Source: Prevotella sp.
GTDB lineage: Bacteria > Bacteroidota > Bacteroidia > Bacteroidales > Dysgonomonadaceae
Length of the DNA stretch: 64,000 bases
Assembly (NCBI GenBank): GCA_031285625.1
Contig: JAITVV010000092.1
Coordinates: 157,679-221,678, forward strand
Direction of reading: 5' to 3'
A program made the position numbers and the translations under genes. Positions 7,483-18,579 of this stretch are shown piece by piece; within the stretch, counting starts at the first letter, position 1; each line of letters starts with the position of its first letter. A model generated the notes under the pieces. It did not search any database. It was not told where the DNA came from and was given only the letters and a program-made list of their open reading frames with translations.

Positions 7483-8625
7483 TTATTTCCTATTGGGGTC
7501 ATATACAGCAACAGCCACACGTGAATCAGCACAGCCATAATACAGATACCATTTTTCATTATGTAATACCAGACCTTCAATGAACACTGTTCCTGCAGGA
7601 TATTGTCCACTCTTCTCAAAATCAGCTTCCGGAATATAGAAAGGCTTATCAAGCTGCCCGATCACTTTTGTCGGATCTTGCAGGTCGAACAATACCTGTC
7701 CTGCACAATAGGAGTTCGCAGTATATGCAGTATCACCTTCTGCTCCATCTGCATTTTTGCCATTATAAAGCAAAAGGATACCCTTGTCTGTCATTACAGC
7801 AGGTGGGCCACACTCTGTAAGAGAGCTATCAAACTTGCCCGGACGAGGCACTATCACTTTAAGGAAATCTCCGCTTTCTGTCAGTATTGGAGTCCAGTTG
7901 ATCAAATCATCGGAAGTTGCAACATTCACGAATTTTTCACCCCAATACATCCAGTATTTTCCATCAATTTTAGCAATTACCTGTTTTCCATCTACAATTT
8001 TAGTTATAATCGATGCCGACTTCGAAAAATCATCTTTAAAACGTCCGTCATAAGCTTTTGCAAATGCAGGCCCATGTTTTTCCCACTTTTGCAAGTCACG
8101 GGTAGTTGCTACAGCCAGGCGTGCCTGCTTTCTGTTCCATTGTGTATACAGCATCACATACATACCATCTTCAGTCATTGTAAGACGGGGATCTTCACAA
8201 CCTCCCGGCCATTCCAGCTCTTTCTGACTATCATTGTCAGGATAAAATGCCGGAGTAGATTTTCGTTGAAAATGCAACCCATCTTCCGACCATGCATATC
8301 CAAGGCGGGAAGTACGGCCACCTATACCCTCTCCCGATTTATCCTCTGCACGATAAAGAACTACTACCTTTCCATCATAAATAGTTGCTGCAGGATTGAA
8401 GGTATCATTCGATTCCCAGTCGACAGAATCTTTTCTCAACGGACAATAGAAACGGGTGGTAGCATCCGGTGAAATAATTGGATTTATCCCTTCCGGACGT
8501 TGAAAATCAGCCCATGCCCAATCCGGAAATTCCGAACCTTTTTCAGTTGGTTTCTTTTCATTACAAGAAACGAGCATAGCAGCTGTTGCTAAAAACAAGC
8601 TTACTTTAAAAATACTTTTTTTCAT
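7483..8625 (-). CDS. GH130-family mannoside-active glycosidase/phosphorylase, lipoprotein
   Basis: TFNPAA, LYRAED, GGCEDPR, ECGPP, YYGCADS; lipobox VSC. Confidence 0.88.
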   Translation of the reverse strand: MKKSIFKVSLFLATAAMLVSCNEKKPTEKGSEFPDWAWADFQRPEGINPIISPDATTRFYCPLRKDSVDWESNDTFNPAATIYDGKVVVLYRAEDKSGEGIGGRTSRLGYAWSEDGLHFQRKSTPAFYPDNDSQKELEWPGGCEDPRLTMTEDGMYVMLYTQWNRKQARLAVATTRDLQKWEKHGPAFAKAYDGRFKDDFSKSASIITKIVDGKQVIAKIDGKYWMYWGEKFVNVATSDDLINWTPILTESGDFLKVIVPRPGKFDSSLTECGPPAVMTDKGILLLYNGKNADGAEGDTAYTANSYCAGQVLFDLQDPTKVIGQLDKPFYIPEADFEKSGQYPAGTVFIEGLVLHNEKWYLYYGCADSRVAVAVYDPNRK

Positions 8626-8729
8626 TGGTTATATATTAATTATTTATTTGCAATGTATTTTACTTGTCTATCAAAAAGTAACATTAACACAAAACATCTA
8701 CTCATCTAATAATCAGGCAATATACTATT

Positions 8730-8778
8730 AAAAGTGACAAAAGTAACACTTTTTTGTATGTTTTTATATTGTTACTTT
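8730..8778. repeat. dispersed intergenic element, copy 2
   Basis: AAAAGTGACAAAAGTAACA-N21-TGTTACTTT. Confidence 0.7.
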
Positions 8779-8893
8779 ATTGCTAGATAACACGCTTGTT
8801 ATCTGTATTATATAGACAATATTGAAAATATAAAGTAACAGCTTTATTGGTAAAGAGATCCTTCGTTCCTCTGGATGACAAAATCTTCATTAC

Positions 8894-11044
8894 TTATGGA
8901 AATGAAGGCGGATCTACCTTAGTGCCCCATTGTAAATCAGGCTTGGAGGAAGTATTATATTCCAGTGTTGCTCCATTTGAGATATCCTTCCAGTCTATCC
9001 ATGTACTATCATATGGTTTGCCATCTATCTTTAAAGACCGTATATAAATATCTTTTTCCGACCCCCCTTTTATTACCAGGTCGCCATTCTTAAGCCGCAT
9101 CTTTATAGAAGGGAAGATGGGAGTGTTTATTGAGAAGCCTCCAACACCCGGAATCTCCGGATATAGACCCACACATGCAAAAACATACCATGCACCCATT
9201 GTTCCCAGGTCATCATTTCCAGGAAGCCCATCAATCTTATTAAAGTACTGCTCATTCAGCACACGATTTATTATTTTCTGTGTTTTATCCGGACGTCCTA
9301 CCCAGTTATATATCCATGGAATATGAAAACTAGGCTCATTTCCCGAAGCATACCAATCATCGTTATAACTTGCATCTAACCGTCTGAACAGATCATCAAG
9401 CCGCGCTTCCGCCTTGGCTTTACCACCTACGATATCTATCAGTCCGCCTATATCATAAGGAACCATCCAGAAATAATTTTTGTATGTGGATTCACGGAAA
9501 TCATCGCTTAATGGCTTCCATGAGCCATCCGCATTCCGGGATTGTAACCATCCTGTTTCAGGATTATACAGATTTTTCCACGATCGTGCAAAGTGAGTGT
9601 AGCGCCAGGTTGTAAATTCGTCACCACAGGCATATAATGAAAATCTGGCAATAGCAAAATCGGCAGAGGTATATTCCAGTTGTTCAGATGCATTGTAATA
9701 GCCTTTTTCCAGATATTGTTTCAATCCCGGACGCACTTCTATTTTTTGTGACATTGAACCGGGAATTTCGGCTCCATGTTGCATTATCTTGAGGATAGGC
9801 TTAGGATTATAATTTCTGGCACCAAATGCCCATGCATTTGAAATAAGTATCGGAGTAGGATCTCCCTGCATAATTCCGGTCTCTATATTTGCCATCGCCC
9901 AACGTGGAAATCCCTGTCCACCCGTTTCCTCTGCAAACAACTGATGAGAAATCACTATATCGGAAGCAATATCAGGATCGAGCATAGAAAGAAGCTGTAT
10001 CTGTGTGTGATAGGTATCCCAGTTACTGAAAGAAGTATAATGTTTAGATTTAGTTTTATGGATCTTAAAATCCGCGCCCATATATTCCCCATTCACATCA
10101 CTACAAACATTCGGATGAATAAGTACTCGATAAAGATGTGTATAAAACTGGATAGTGCGGTCAGGATTGGTTCCTTCCACTTCTATTCTGCCTAAATATT
10201 CATTCCATTTAGCTTCAGCCTGACTTTTCGTAATATTAAAATTCCATCCTGTATTCTCAGCTCTCAGATTTTCTCTGGCATTTTCAATAGATACATACGA
10301 AACCCCTACTTTATATTGTACTACTTTATTACTACTAACATCGAAAGTAAAATATACACCGGAGTTACTCCCTTCGGCAAAGGTTGATTTTTCTCTTATC
10401 TTATCGTCTTTCCATGTTCCTGTATCAACAGCTTTAGTATCAAATTCGGCAACAAAATATACCTTATACGGTGTAGGAGTTCCACAAAAATTACCTCCTT
10501 CGGCATACCCCTCACAAGTATTTGGACTTGTAATAATTACCGTGGCATTTTCTGTATGCGTTGCAGCTACACCTGCCCCGATTATAACAGTGCCTAAATT
10601 CTCACCCTGAGGATATTCATAGCGGGCCATACCTGTTCTTTCCGTAACAGTAAGTTCAGCTTTGATATCTTCCTGCACCATCGTTTCATAATAGCCGGCA
10701 TGTCCTTTTTCTTCAGATAAATTTATGCGATAGCTGATAATATCATCAGGGGACATTTGCAACCTTCCCTTTACCGGAAAAGTAGGAAAATTCCCCATAT
10801 GCTCGCAGCCTCCACCGCTTAACTGATTGATAACAAAACCCGACTGTTTGGAAAAATAAGACGGTGTAAACTGCACCATCCCGAAAGGATAAGTAGCTCC
10901 GGGATATACATATCCGGATGCCCAGCCTACCCCTTTATTACCGATGAGCGTATTTACCTTACTTGCATAGTCTGATAGTGCCGTTTGCGCATTCATTACT
11001 AAAAAAGGAATGATAAAAAGTAGACATATCAATCTGATTTTCAT
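8894..11044 (-). CDS. GH92 alpha-mannosidase
   Basis: PGATYPFGMVQ, SNWDTY, LEYTSAD, GNEPSFH, PGNDDLGTMGAWY. Confidence 0.92.
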   Translation of the reverse strand: MKIRLICLLFIIPFLVMNAQTALSDYASKVNTLIGNKGVGWASGYVYPGATYPFGMVQFTPSYFSKQSGFVINQLSGGGCEHMGNFPTFPVKGRLQMSPDDIISYRINLSEEKGHAGYYETMVQEDIKAELTVTERTGMARYEYPQGENLGTVIIGAGVAATHTENATVIITSPNTCEGYAEGGNFCGTPTPYKVYFVAEFDTKAVDTGTWKDDKIREKSTFAEGSNSGVYFTFDVSSNKVVQYKVGVSYVSIENARENLRAENTGWNFNITKSQAEAKWNEYLGRIEVEGTNPDRTIQFYTHLYRVLIHPNVCSDVNGEYMGADFKIHKTKSKHYTSFSNWDTYHTQIQLLSMLDPDIASDIVISHQLFAEETGGQGFPRWAMANIETGIMQGDPTPILISNAWAFGARNYNPKPILKIMQHGAEIPGSMSQKIEVRPGLKQYLEKGYYNASEQLEYTSADFAIARFSLYACGDEFTTWRYTHFARSWKNLYNPETGWLQSRNADGSWKPLSDDFRESTYKNYFWMVPYDIGGLIDIVGGKAKAEARLDDLFRRLDASYNDDWYASGNEPSFHIPWIYNWVGRPDKTQKIINRVLNEQYFNKIDGLPGNDDLGTMGAWYVFACVGLYPEIPGVGGFSINTPIFPSIKMRLKNGDLVIKGGSEKDIYIRSLKIDGKPYDSTWIDWKDISNGATLEYNTSSKPDLQWGTKVDPPSFP

Positions 11045-11196
11045 ATTGTTTTCTTATTATTATAGGAAACTATTCCTGTTCATACCTAACATTGTCGCTG
11101 TTCCGAAAAATTCAGGTATTCCGTGCGTTTACTGCATAAACCGCCAGAACAGCAAGCAGATGTTACTATTCATTTATTTAATTAACTTTATTCGCC

Positions 11197-13473
11197 TTAT
11201 TTCTTCGAAAGAGAGAATGGAGCAGCGTCTTTAGTTACACCTCTACTCCTATTTGGCTGCCCGCTCATTTCATATTTTATAGTTCCGCCGTTTACTATGT
11301 CTTTGTATGTGATATAATTTTTATTCAATGCATTACCATTCAGTGTAACCGATTGTACATACACATTGTCCTTGCTATTATTATTTGCTTCCACAACAAA
11401 TTTCTTTCCGTCTTCCATTGTAATGGTTGCTTTCTTAAATAATGGGCTACCCAATACATATTGGTCAGTACCCGGACAAACAGCATAAATGCCCAATGCA
11501 CTCAGAATATACCAGGATGACATACCTCCCTGATCTTCATCTCCCGGATAACCTTTTTCTGAGGAATTGTACAACCTGTCCATAATCTGGCGTGCCCAAT
11601 ATTGAGTCTTCCATGGTTGCCCTGCATATGAATACATATATATCATATGCTGAATAGGTTGATTACCTTGTGCATACTGTCCCATACCGGAAAGTTCCAT
11701 TTCTTTCATTTCATGGATTACACTTCCGTATGTACCCGGTTTGATAACATTAGGAACAGTAAATACCGAATCCATTTTTGTTGTCATCTTATCAGGTCCG
11801 CCAAACAGGTCGATCAAGCCCTGTACGTCATGAAATACAGACCATGTATAATGCCACGCGTTACCTTCACAATACGGTCCACCCCATACGAATGGGTCGA
11901 AAGGCTCCTGCCATTTACCATCATTGCCCCTACCCCTCATAAATCCTGTAGAAGCATCGAATACATTCCGGTAGTTATACATCTGTCTTTCAAAAACATC
12001 CATATAAAACTGATTTCCAGTCATTCTGGCCAGCTCATAACCACACCAGTCATCATAGGCATATTCCAGTGTCTGAGCACTAGATCCCGACGACTCAGGA
12101 TATGGTACATAGCCTAACTGGAAATATTCTTTCCAGAAGATGCGACCATTAGCCCCACCCCACGGGCCTTTATTCATAGCTTCATGTGCATAAGCTTTGA
12201 GAGCGCGTTGCGGATCGAATGTACGGATACCCTTTGCCCATGCATCGGCAAGAAGTGAGATTGCATGGTTTCCGATCATACCACCCGTTTCTCCGGGTTG
12301 CGACCATGAAGGCAACCAGCCGCACTGATCATGAGCATCAAGCAAAGCATTCATATATTGTCCCTGCATAGTAGGATGAAGAATATTTGTCAACGGAAAC
12401 TGTGTGCGGAATGTATCCCAGAATCCATTATCGGTGTACATATAGCCATTATAGATTTTACCATCATAAGGGCTGTAGTAATATGGTTCATTATTCGCAT
12501 TACGCTCGTAGAATTTGCGTGAAAAAAGATTGGCACGGAAAAGGCATGAATAAAATGTCCTCATCTGTTCATCTGTTCCACCTTCAACGACTACCCTGTT
12601 CAGCAATTTATTCCATGTCTCTGCACCACGGGCTTTTGTTTGTTCCAGATTCTTATCACTACCCAATTCCCTGTTTAACGTTAATAAAGCCTGTTCAGGA
12701 CTTATATAAGACGAGGCTGCTTTTGCCTGCACCTTTGTCCCTTTTTTGAACTTGATATATGCTCCAGCTCCCTTTCCTTTACGGTGGGCTTCACCAGAGA
12801 ATATCTCATCTTTCTGATTCTCCCATGTACCATAAGCTTCAAACGGTTTATCGAACTGAACAACAAAGTAGTTGCGAAAATTTTCCGCATGATTTACGAA
12901 GCGTTGATTGTTTACCCAACCTGTAATTTGTCTTTTCTGTGGGTCTATCGTAACCTCACTCATATCAGTATAGCCATCTAGTACCAGATAGGCATCGCCT
13001 TTAGGGGGAAATGAAAAACGAAGATGTGCTCCACGTGTAGTGGGAGCCATTTCGGTAGTAATTCCATTGTCAAGAGTAACCTTGTAGTAATTTGGTTTAG
13101 CTATTTCATTATTGTGGCTGAATTTAGAAGCTCGCTTTTCCTGATTTACAACTAATTCTCCCACCATCGGCATAAAAGAATATACAGCATAGTCGCTCAC
13201 CCACGGACTGCACTGATGTGCCTGCTGGAATCCGCGTATTTTGTCTTCAGCATATTGATATTTCCATCCTTCACCATTAGGCCCGGTCTGTGCCGACCAT
13301 GTATGCATAGCATAAGGCATAGCCGTAGTGGCATATGTATTCCCATAACTTAATCCGAAATTAGAATCTGTTCCCTGTAAGGTATTTACATATTGCACCA
13401 GGTCTTTTTGCTGTGAATGCACAGCAATAACTGATAATAAATAAATGAAAACGAATATTGCGATTTTTTTCAT
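11197..13473 (-). CDS. GH92 alpha-mannosidase
   Basis: GFWDTFR, TLEYAYDD, EGNAW, GNQPIQH, GDEDQGGMSSWY. Confidence 0.93.
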   Translation of the reverse strand: MKKIAIFVFIYLLSVIAVHSQQKDLVQYVNTLQGTDSNFGLSYGNTYATTAMPYAMHTWSAQTGPNGEGWKYQYAEDKIRGFQQAHQCSPWVSDYAVYSFMPMVGELVVNQEKRASKFSHNNEIAKPNYYKVTLDNGITTEMAPTTRGAHLRFSFPPKGDAYLVLDGYTDMSEVTIDPQKRQITGWVNNQRFVNHAENFRNYFVVQFDKPFEAYGTWENQKDEIFSGEAHRKGKGAGAYIKFKKGTKVQAKAASSYISPEQALLTLNRELGSDKNLEQTKARGAETWNKLLNRVVVEGGTDEQMRTFYSCLFRANLFSRKFYERNANNEPYYYSPYDGKIYNGYMYTDNGFWDTFRTQFPLTNILHPTMQGQYMNALLDAHDQCGWLPSWSQPGETGGMIGNHAISLLADAWAKGIRTFDPQRALKAYAHEAMNKGPWGGANGRIFWKEYFQLGYVPYPESSGSSAQTLEYAYDDWCGYELARMTGNQFYMDVFERQMYNYRNVFDASTGFMRGRGNDGKWQEPFDPFVWGGPYCEGNAWHYTWSVFHDVQGLIDLFGGPDKMTTKMDSVFTVPNVIKPGTYGSVIHEMKEMELSGMGQYAQGNQPIQHMIYMYSYAGQPWKTQYWARQIMDRLYNSSEKGYPGDEDQGGMSSWYILSALGIYAVCPGTDQYVLGSPLFKKATITMEDGKKFVVEANNNSKDNVYVQSVTLNGNALNKNYITYKDIVNGGTIKYEMSGQPNRSRGVTKDAAPFSLSKK

Positions 13474-13508
13474 TTGAATTTAATGTTATGTTTTTATGTT
13501 ATCGTAAT

Positions 13509-13650
13509 TTTGTCATCCTGACCATCAGAAAGGGTCTCGACCTTATAAGTAAGAACCAGAGAGAAAAGAGATTCTTCACTTCGTTCAGAAACAACTGTTA
13601 GCTCTGCTGATTCTTCGAATTCGGCAGAGCGAAGCATAGCCAATGACAAA
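13509..13650. repeat. REP-like palindromic element (TGTCAT...ATGACA ended)
   Basis: 8-bp terminal IR TTTGTCAT/ATGACAAA, internal AGATTCTTCACTTCGTTCAGAA and GCTCTGCTGA/TCGGCAGAGC hairpin. Confidence 0.55.
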
Positions 13651-13679
13651 GAGAAATAACTCTTATTAAAAATACCTTA

Positions 13680-16010
13680 TTATATTCCCCACTCTTTATT
13701 CGGTTGGTCTCCCATATACAACTCAAGTACCCCGCCTTTAGAAATCTCTGAAAAATCGATAAAACAATCTTTATATTCCTTACCATTTAGCAAAGCTTTC
13801 TGGATATAGATATTCTTAGAAGAGTTATTATGAGCTTTTATTGTAAATGTATCTCCTGTATAATATTTAGGATCAAGCTTAAATTCCACTTTATTAAAAA
13901 CAGGGCTGGTAATTTCTAAACGTGTATCTCCCGGGCATACAGGATGTAATCCTGATGCTGCTAATACATACCAAGCGGACATCTGCCCCACATCTTCATT
14001 TCCTACAAGTCCTTCCACCTTATTGGTATAAGCTTTGTCGCAAATATGTCGTGTCCATTTTTGTGTAAGCCATGGTGTACCCAAACGGTTGAAAAGGAAA
14101 GGAACATGATGGACCGGCTCATTGGCATGATTGTAATAATCATTCCATAAAAGGCTTTCAGGTGTTTTCTCAAACATATTTGTAAGGTCGGCAACAGTTT
14201 TCTCCTGTCCTCCCATCAGTTCGACCATACCCGGAATATCATGCGGAACAAACCAGCCTTGCTGATATGCATTGGATTCTATACATCCGTACCATTCTTT
14301 GATACGTGCATTTTCAGGCCATTCTTCCCAAGTACCATCTTCTTTTTTAGGGCGGAACCAGCCTTTTTCTTTGTCGAAAATATTCTTATATGCCTGCCCT
14401 TTCTCTGCGAATAATTTCTCATCATCTGATTTTCCTAATTCTTTAGCCAGGCGTGAAATACACCAATCGGTATAGGCATATTCCAAAGTATGGGAAATAC
14501 TCAAAGAACCTGCCGTATAACCAAGTTTATCATTACCAAATATCTTTGAAGTGTTTAAGGCATATTTATAAGCTTTCTCAACATCATAATTGCGAATACC
14601 TTTGGTATATGCATCAGCTAAAACAGATAACGCCGGATTACCGATCATGCAACCGGAATATGCGTTTACTATTTCCCAACGCTCATAATATTCGCGACTA
14701 CTTTCGTCAGCCAAAGTTATCAAAGAGTTTAACTGATCATTTACCAATTCAGGATTGATAATTGTCTGAAGTGGAAACTGACTGCGGAATACATCCCAGC
14801 CACTGAAAATAGTTCGTTTTGTAAAATCTGTTGTACCATGAACCTTTTGATCTCCCCCTATATATCGTCCGTCTACATCAGCATAGGCACGCGGGTCTAT
14901 CATTGTATGGTAAAGGGATGTGTAAAAAATCGTTTTCTCATCTTTTGTACCGCCTTCTATCTTAATACGTCCGAGTTCTTTATCCCAGAGGCTTTTTGCT
15001 TCTTTTTGAATCTGGTCGAAATCCTTATTCACCATTTCCGCTTTGAAATTTTTCTCTGCACCATCCATATCTACAAAAGATATTCCTACTCTCAGTATAA
15101 CTTCTTCGTCTTTCTGAGTTTCAAATTCAGTGAAGAAACCAAGATGTTTTCCTTCAAGTTCTTCTTTCCCTTTAATTACAGGTGCTTCGGAAACTCTTTG
15201 CAGATAAGGGATACCTGTTGCTTCATCTATTTTACGTTTCCAGTCGTCAGGTATATTAGCACTCCAAAATCCATAATTATTAAGCGGCTTACTAAACTGT
15301 GCATAAAAATGAACGGTGTAATCGGTCTTACCTTCGCCATTTCCCCAGCCTCCGCCATCAGGAGTACATTTCATCCATCCTTGGATAGTACTATCGTTCA
15401 CTACCTTAATATATTGGTAAACAGAAGTCCCACCTACCCTACGGGCCAAATCTATTTGAATGCGCGACTGTTTGTTTTCGGGGAATGTAAACTTTAATAT
15501 CCCACTATGTGGTGCTGCAGTAGCCTCTACTTTGATATTATAATCGGTAAGTTCAGCCGAATAATAGCCGGCTTTGGCAATTTCTGTATTCTTATTGTAT
15601 GATGAACGATAACCTTTTATGCTTCCATCCTCTTTACCTGCAATTGTTTTCAGAGATCCGGTGGTAGGCATTACAAGGAAATTACCTAAATCGCCATACC
15701 ATCCCACTCCACTCATTTGAGTAAATGCAAAGCCCTCAATAGTCTGATGCTCATAGCTATAACCGGGACTATTGTCTCCCCCAGTGATAGTATTAGGACT
15801 TACCTGAACCATACCATAGGGAGTAGTTACACCGGGGAAAGTTTTCCCCAAGCCATGATAAGTTCCGGCAGCACCAACACTGGTACTGGCTCCAATAAAA
15901 GGATTAACATAATCAGAAGGGCTAAAATCTTCTACAGGCTTCGTAGCTGGAGTGCAGCTTGCTGCTATCAGACATAATCCTACTATAGAAGTTATTATCG
16001 CTTTATACAT
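13680..16010 (-). CDS. GH92 alpha-mannosidase, lipoprotein
   Basis: PYGMVQVSP, SGWDVFR, TLEYAY, HANEPVH, GNEDVGQMSAWY; lipobox ASC. Confidence 0.93.
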   Translation of the reverse strand: MYKAIITSIVGLCLIAASCTPATKPVEDFSPSDYVNPFIGASTSVGAAGTYHGLGKTFPGVTTPYGMVQVSPNTITGGDNSPGYSYEHQTIEGFAFTQMSGVGWYGDLGNFLVMPTTGSLKTIAGKEDGSIKGYRSSYNKNTEIAKAGYYSAELTDYNIKVEATAAPHSGILKFTFPENKQSRIQIDLARRVGGTSVYQYIKVVNDSTIQGWMKCTPDGGGWGNGEGKTDYTVHFYAQFSKPLNNYGFWSANIPDDWKRKIDEATGIPYLQRVSEAPVIKGKEELEGKHLGFFTEFETQKDEEVILRVGISFVDMDGAEKNFKAEMVNKDFDQIQKEAKSLWDKELGRIKIEGGTKDEKTIFYTSLYHTMIDPRAYADVDGRYIGGDQKVHGTTDFTKRTIFSGWDVFRSQFPLQTIINPELVNDQLNSLITLADESSREYYERWEIVNAYSGCMIGNPALSVLADAYTKGIRNYDVEKAYKYALNTSKIFGNDKLGYTAGSLSISHTLEYAYTDWCISRLAKELGKSDDEKLFAEKGQAYKNIFDKEKGWFRPKKEDGTWEEWPENARIKEWYGCIESNAYQQGWFVPHDIPGMVELMGGQEKTVADLTNMFEKTPESLLWNDYYNHANEPVHHVPFLFNRLGTPWLTQKWTRHICDKAYTNKVEGLVGNEDVGQMSAWYVLAASGLHPVCPGDTRLEITSPVFNKVEFKLDPKYYTGDTFTIKAHNNSSKNIYIQKALLNGKEYKDCFIDFSEISKGGVLELYMGDQPNKEWGI

Positions 16011-16037
16011 AATAATTTGGCTAGGTTAATATATTAG

Positions 16038-18566
16038 TCAATTAGTTTTTAATAATAGTGTTTTTATCCCGAAACGAGGCATAGACATTGAAATATTTCT
16101 CTGATCTTCAACTTTTTTTGTAATGATATTTCCATTCAGATCAACTTCTTCTATACTGGAAACAGGGAATTCAAATTTAATTTTTTTTATTGAATCATCA
16201 CTCTCTGCATTAAAAAACCTGATGAGAATATTATTACCCTCAATTTTGAATGCAGTGACTTCATACCCCGGTTTATCTATACTCAGAAAAGATTTATCTG
16301 TCAGAGATATTTCTTTATGGAAAGAAGCTACTAATGGTTCATTCCATTTATTACTTTCTGTAGATATTGCAGCCTTATCCCACTTCCCACTATGAGTAAT
16401 AATAGCATATTTCATTTTTAGGGGACGTGTAATCTTATAATCCGGCCCCCATAGGCCAACACCTGAATACTGAACGGTGAGGCCAAGAGGGGAATCCTCT
16501 GCATAAGAGTAAGAAGTTGTGTGGTCGGAAAGTACTGCTAGTCCATGTTTCTGATCTTTCTGTACTAGATCTACCCAATTCAGGATAATATTGTGCTTTA
16601 TGCTATCCCATGTTCCGAAAAAAGTATTATCCAACTTACTTTCGCATACATCAAACGGGGCATTCTTATATAAAGTAGAAGATGATAAAGCTACAGGAAA
16701 CAATACGTTTAATTTAAACTCATCATTCGTATATGCTCTCCTGTTGTCGCGCCAGTTATCACCCTGTTTGTATTCGCCTATACCTACATTATTTTTCCAA
16801 TTTACAGTCAGGTCAAAATCAATACGCTTCTGGCCTTTGGTCAAAGTTATCATCTGACTGAAAGGATGTGAAGCAATTTCTCCTTCCACTTTTACTTTTG
16901 TACTGAAAGAATTATTTTCCAGTATAGTTATTTTAGCAGGGGAATCTGTTGTGGAATAGAATTTACCTTCATCATAGAAGTGTCCTCTGAGTTCTCCCAT
17001 ACTATATTTATTAGTTTTATCTACGTATTCCTTATTTCCTTCCGCCTTTGCAATGAGGCTTTTGATTATACCACCTTTTGCAGGATCGAGTACGATCCTG
17101 TACATATCATTCTCAAGGATATAATCCCCATTGGTACTGGTATGTACAGGAATACTCTTATTTACCGTAGCCTCTTTTCCTAAAACCTTAAATGTTGCAT
17201 ACCCTAAAGCAGGAACTTCTGCCTGAAAGGATACACAAATAGAATCTCCAACCTGCTCTGAATGAGAAGGTAGCAATTTATTACTTGAATTATATATAGC
17301 TACATCCCGCTGAACACCAGATATTGGTAAAACAAAATGAACCGGTTCGGTACGTTTTATGCCCAAAGTATTATATACCCTGATATAACCGTAACTATCT
17401 ACGCCTGAGAGATTATAAGAACCAACTGCTGCCTCAACCACATTATCAGCTATTTCATTTGTATTATTAGTCCATAATGTAATTTCCTGAGCCCATGTGC
17501 GACCCTTATATAAGCCGTTGTAAGGTACTATCCATGAGTCGTGATGCTGGGCCATCAATAAAGTACGCCACGCATCGTCAATTTTCTCCTGAGACGGATA
17601 ATATTTATTATCGATATTTGCCATAGCAGCTATCTTTTCAGCCATAACTATTTTATTCTCAGATACCCGAACTTCCTGTGCTATCTTTTGCAGTACCTGA
17701 CTTCCCCACATTAAATTTACCCGGACATCTTCCTGCGAAAAATGATAATTATCATCTGTTCTGCCATCAGAAATATTTTCGATATAATTCTTCCATGTAG
17801 TGTATATGGATTTATTTTTTATACTGTCACCAAAGCCTATCCACGGCCCATTATTCCATCCGGCATCCTGATAACACATCCCCACAGGGTTCTTTATTCC
17901 ATAGTCAAAGCTTGCCTTAAGATATAAATCTGAATTACCCCATGCCTCTGTCTGCCATGTAGAATTATCTTCCAGTCTTTCGCTGGCGTACCGCGGAACT
18001 GTAAGTATAGATGTACCATCAGGTCCTATCCAGTTAACCAACTGTCTGCCATACGGCGCAGTATAGCCACCCCAACATGTATTGGGGCACTTTAATACTG
18101 CATATTTGAAACCAAACAATCTCAATATTTGAGGTAGACTACTTGTAAAACAAGGTTCCTCTACCGAATAAGTTATAAAATTGACATCAGGGAAATGTTG
18201 ATGTATTTTCTTTATACCATATTCAAATTGACGTATAATACTTTCACCTGAAATATTGTAGCAATAAGGCTGTGCATAAGTAGGATTTGTAAATTCTATC
18301 CTTTTGTCCGCCGCCATTTTTTTGAAATTATTATAGGCAACCCATTCCTTTACTTTTACAGTATCCCACGTTTCAGGTTCTATCTCCAATCCTATCTGCC
18401 ATTCAGGATGCTTAGTAAGCCCATCTACCATAAATTGTGTGACCCACATGGGATAATGTCCATAAATACCTCCATGATAACCATCAACAAAATAAGCCTG
18501 CTTCTGGGAGAAAATATTACCGCAAAAAGAAAGAAAAAGTATCGCAATAGCAGCTGTTTTTCCCAT
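16038..18566 (-). CDS. GH38-like alpha-mannosidase
   Basis: WIGPDGTSIL, AWRTLLMAQHHDSW, VYNTLG, LENDMYRIVLD, C-terminal EVDLNG; PUL context. Confidence 0.75.
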   Translation of the reverse strand: MGKTAAIAILFLSFCGNIFSQKQAYFVDGYHGGIYGHYPMWVTQFMVDGLTKHPEWQIGLEIEPETWDTVKVKEWVAYNNFKKMAADKRIEFTNPTYAQPYCYNISGESIIRQFEYGIKKIHQHFPDVNFITYSVEEPCFTSSLPQILRLFGFKYAVLKCPNTCWGGYTAPYGRQLVNWIGPDGTSILTVPRYASERLEDNSTWQTEAWGNSDLYLKASFDYGIKNPVGMCYQDAGWNNGPWIGFGDSIKNKSIYTTWKNYIENISDGRTDDNYHFSQEDVRVNLMWGSQVLQKIAQEVRVSENKIVMAEKIAAMANIDNKYYPSQEKIDDAWRTLLMAQHHDSWIVPYNGLYKGRTWAQEITLWTNNTNEIADNVVEAAVGSYNLSGVDSYGYIRVYNTLGIKRTEPVHFVLPISGVQRDVAIYNSSNKLLPSHSEQVGDSICVSFQAEVPALGYATFKVLGKEATVNKSIPVHTSTNGDYILENDMYRIVLDPAKGGIIKSLIAKAEGNKEYVDKTNKYSMGELRGHFYDEGKFYSTTDSPAKITILENNSFSTKVKVEGEIASHPFSQMITLTKGQKRIDFDLTVNWKNNVGIGEYKQGDNWRDNRRAYTNDEFKLNVLFPVALSSSTLYKNAPFDVCESKLDNTFFGTWDSIKHNIILNWVDLVQKDQKHGLAVLSDHTTSYSYAEDSPLGLTVQYSGVGLWGPDYKITRPLKMKYAIITHSGKWDKAAISTESNKWNEPLVASFHKEISLTDKSFLSIDKPGYEVTAFKIEGNNILIRFFNAESDDSIKKIKFEFPVSSIEEVDLNGNIITKKVEDQRNISMSMPRFGIKTLLLKTN

Positions 18567-18579
18567 AATTATTAATCCT

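Noticed and set aside
6730-7652. Track ORFs 6730-6993, 7159-7365, 7241-7540 and 7467-7652
   Set aside because: No protein motifs; they overlap the RNA array, its promoter or GH130.
7603-8472. 289-aa plus-strand ORF and the many other antisense ORFs within the PUL, sprA and tsf
   Set aside because: Shadows of well-supported genes on the opposite strand.
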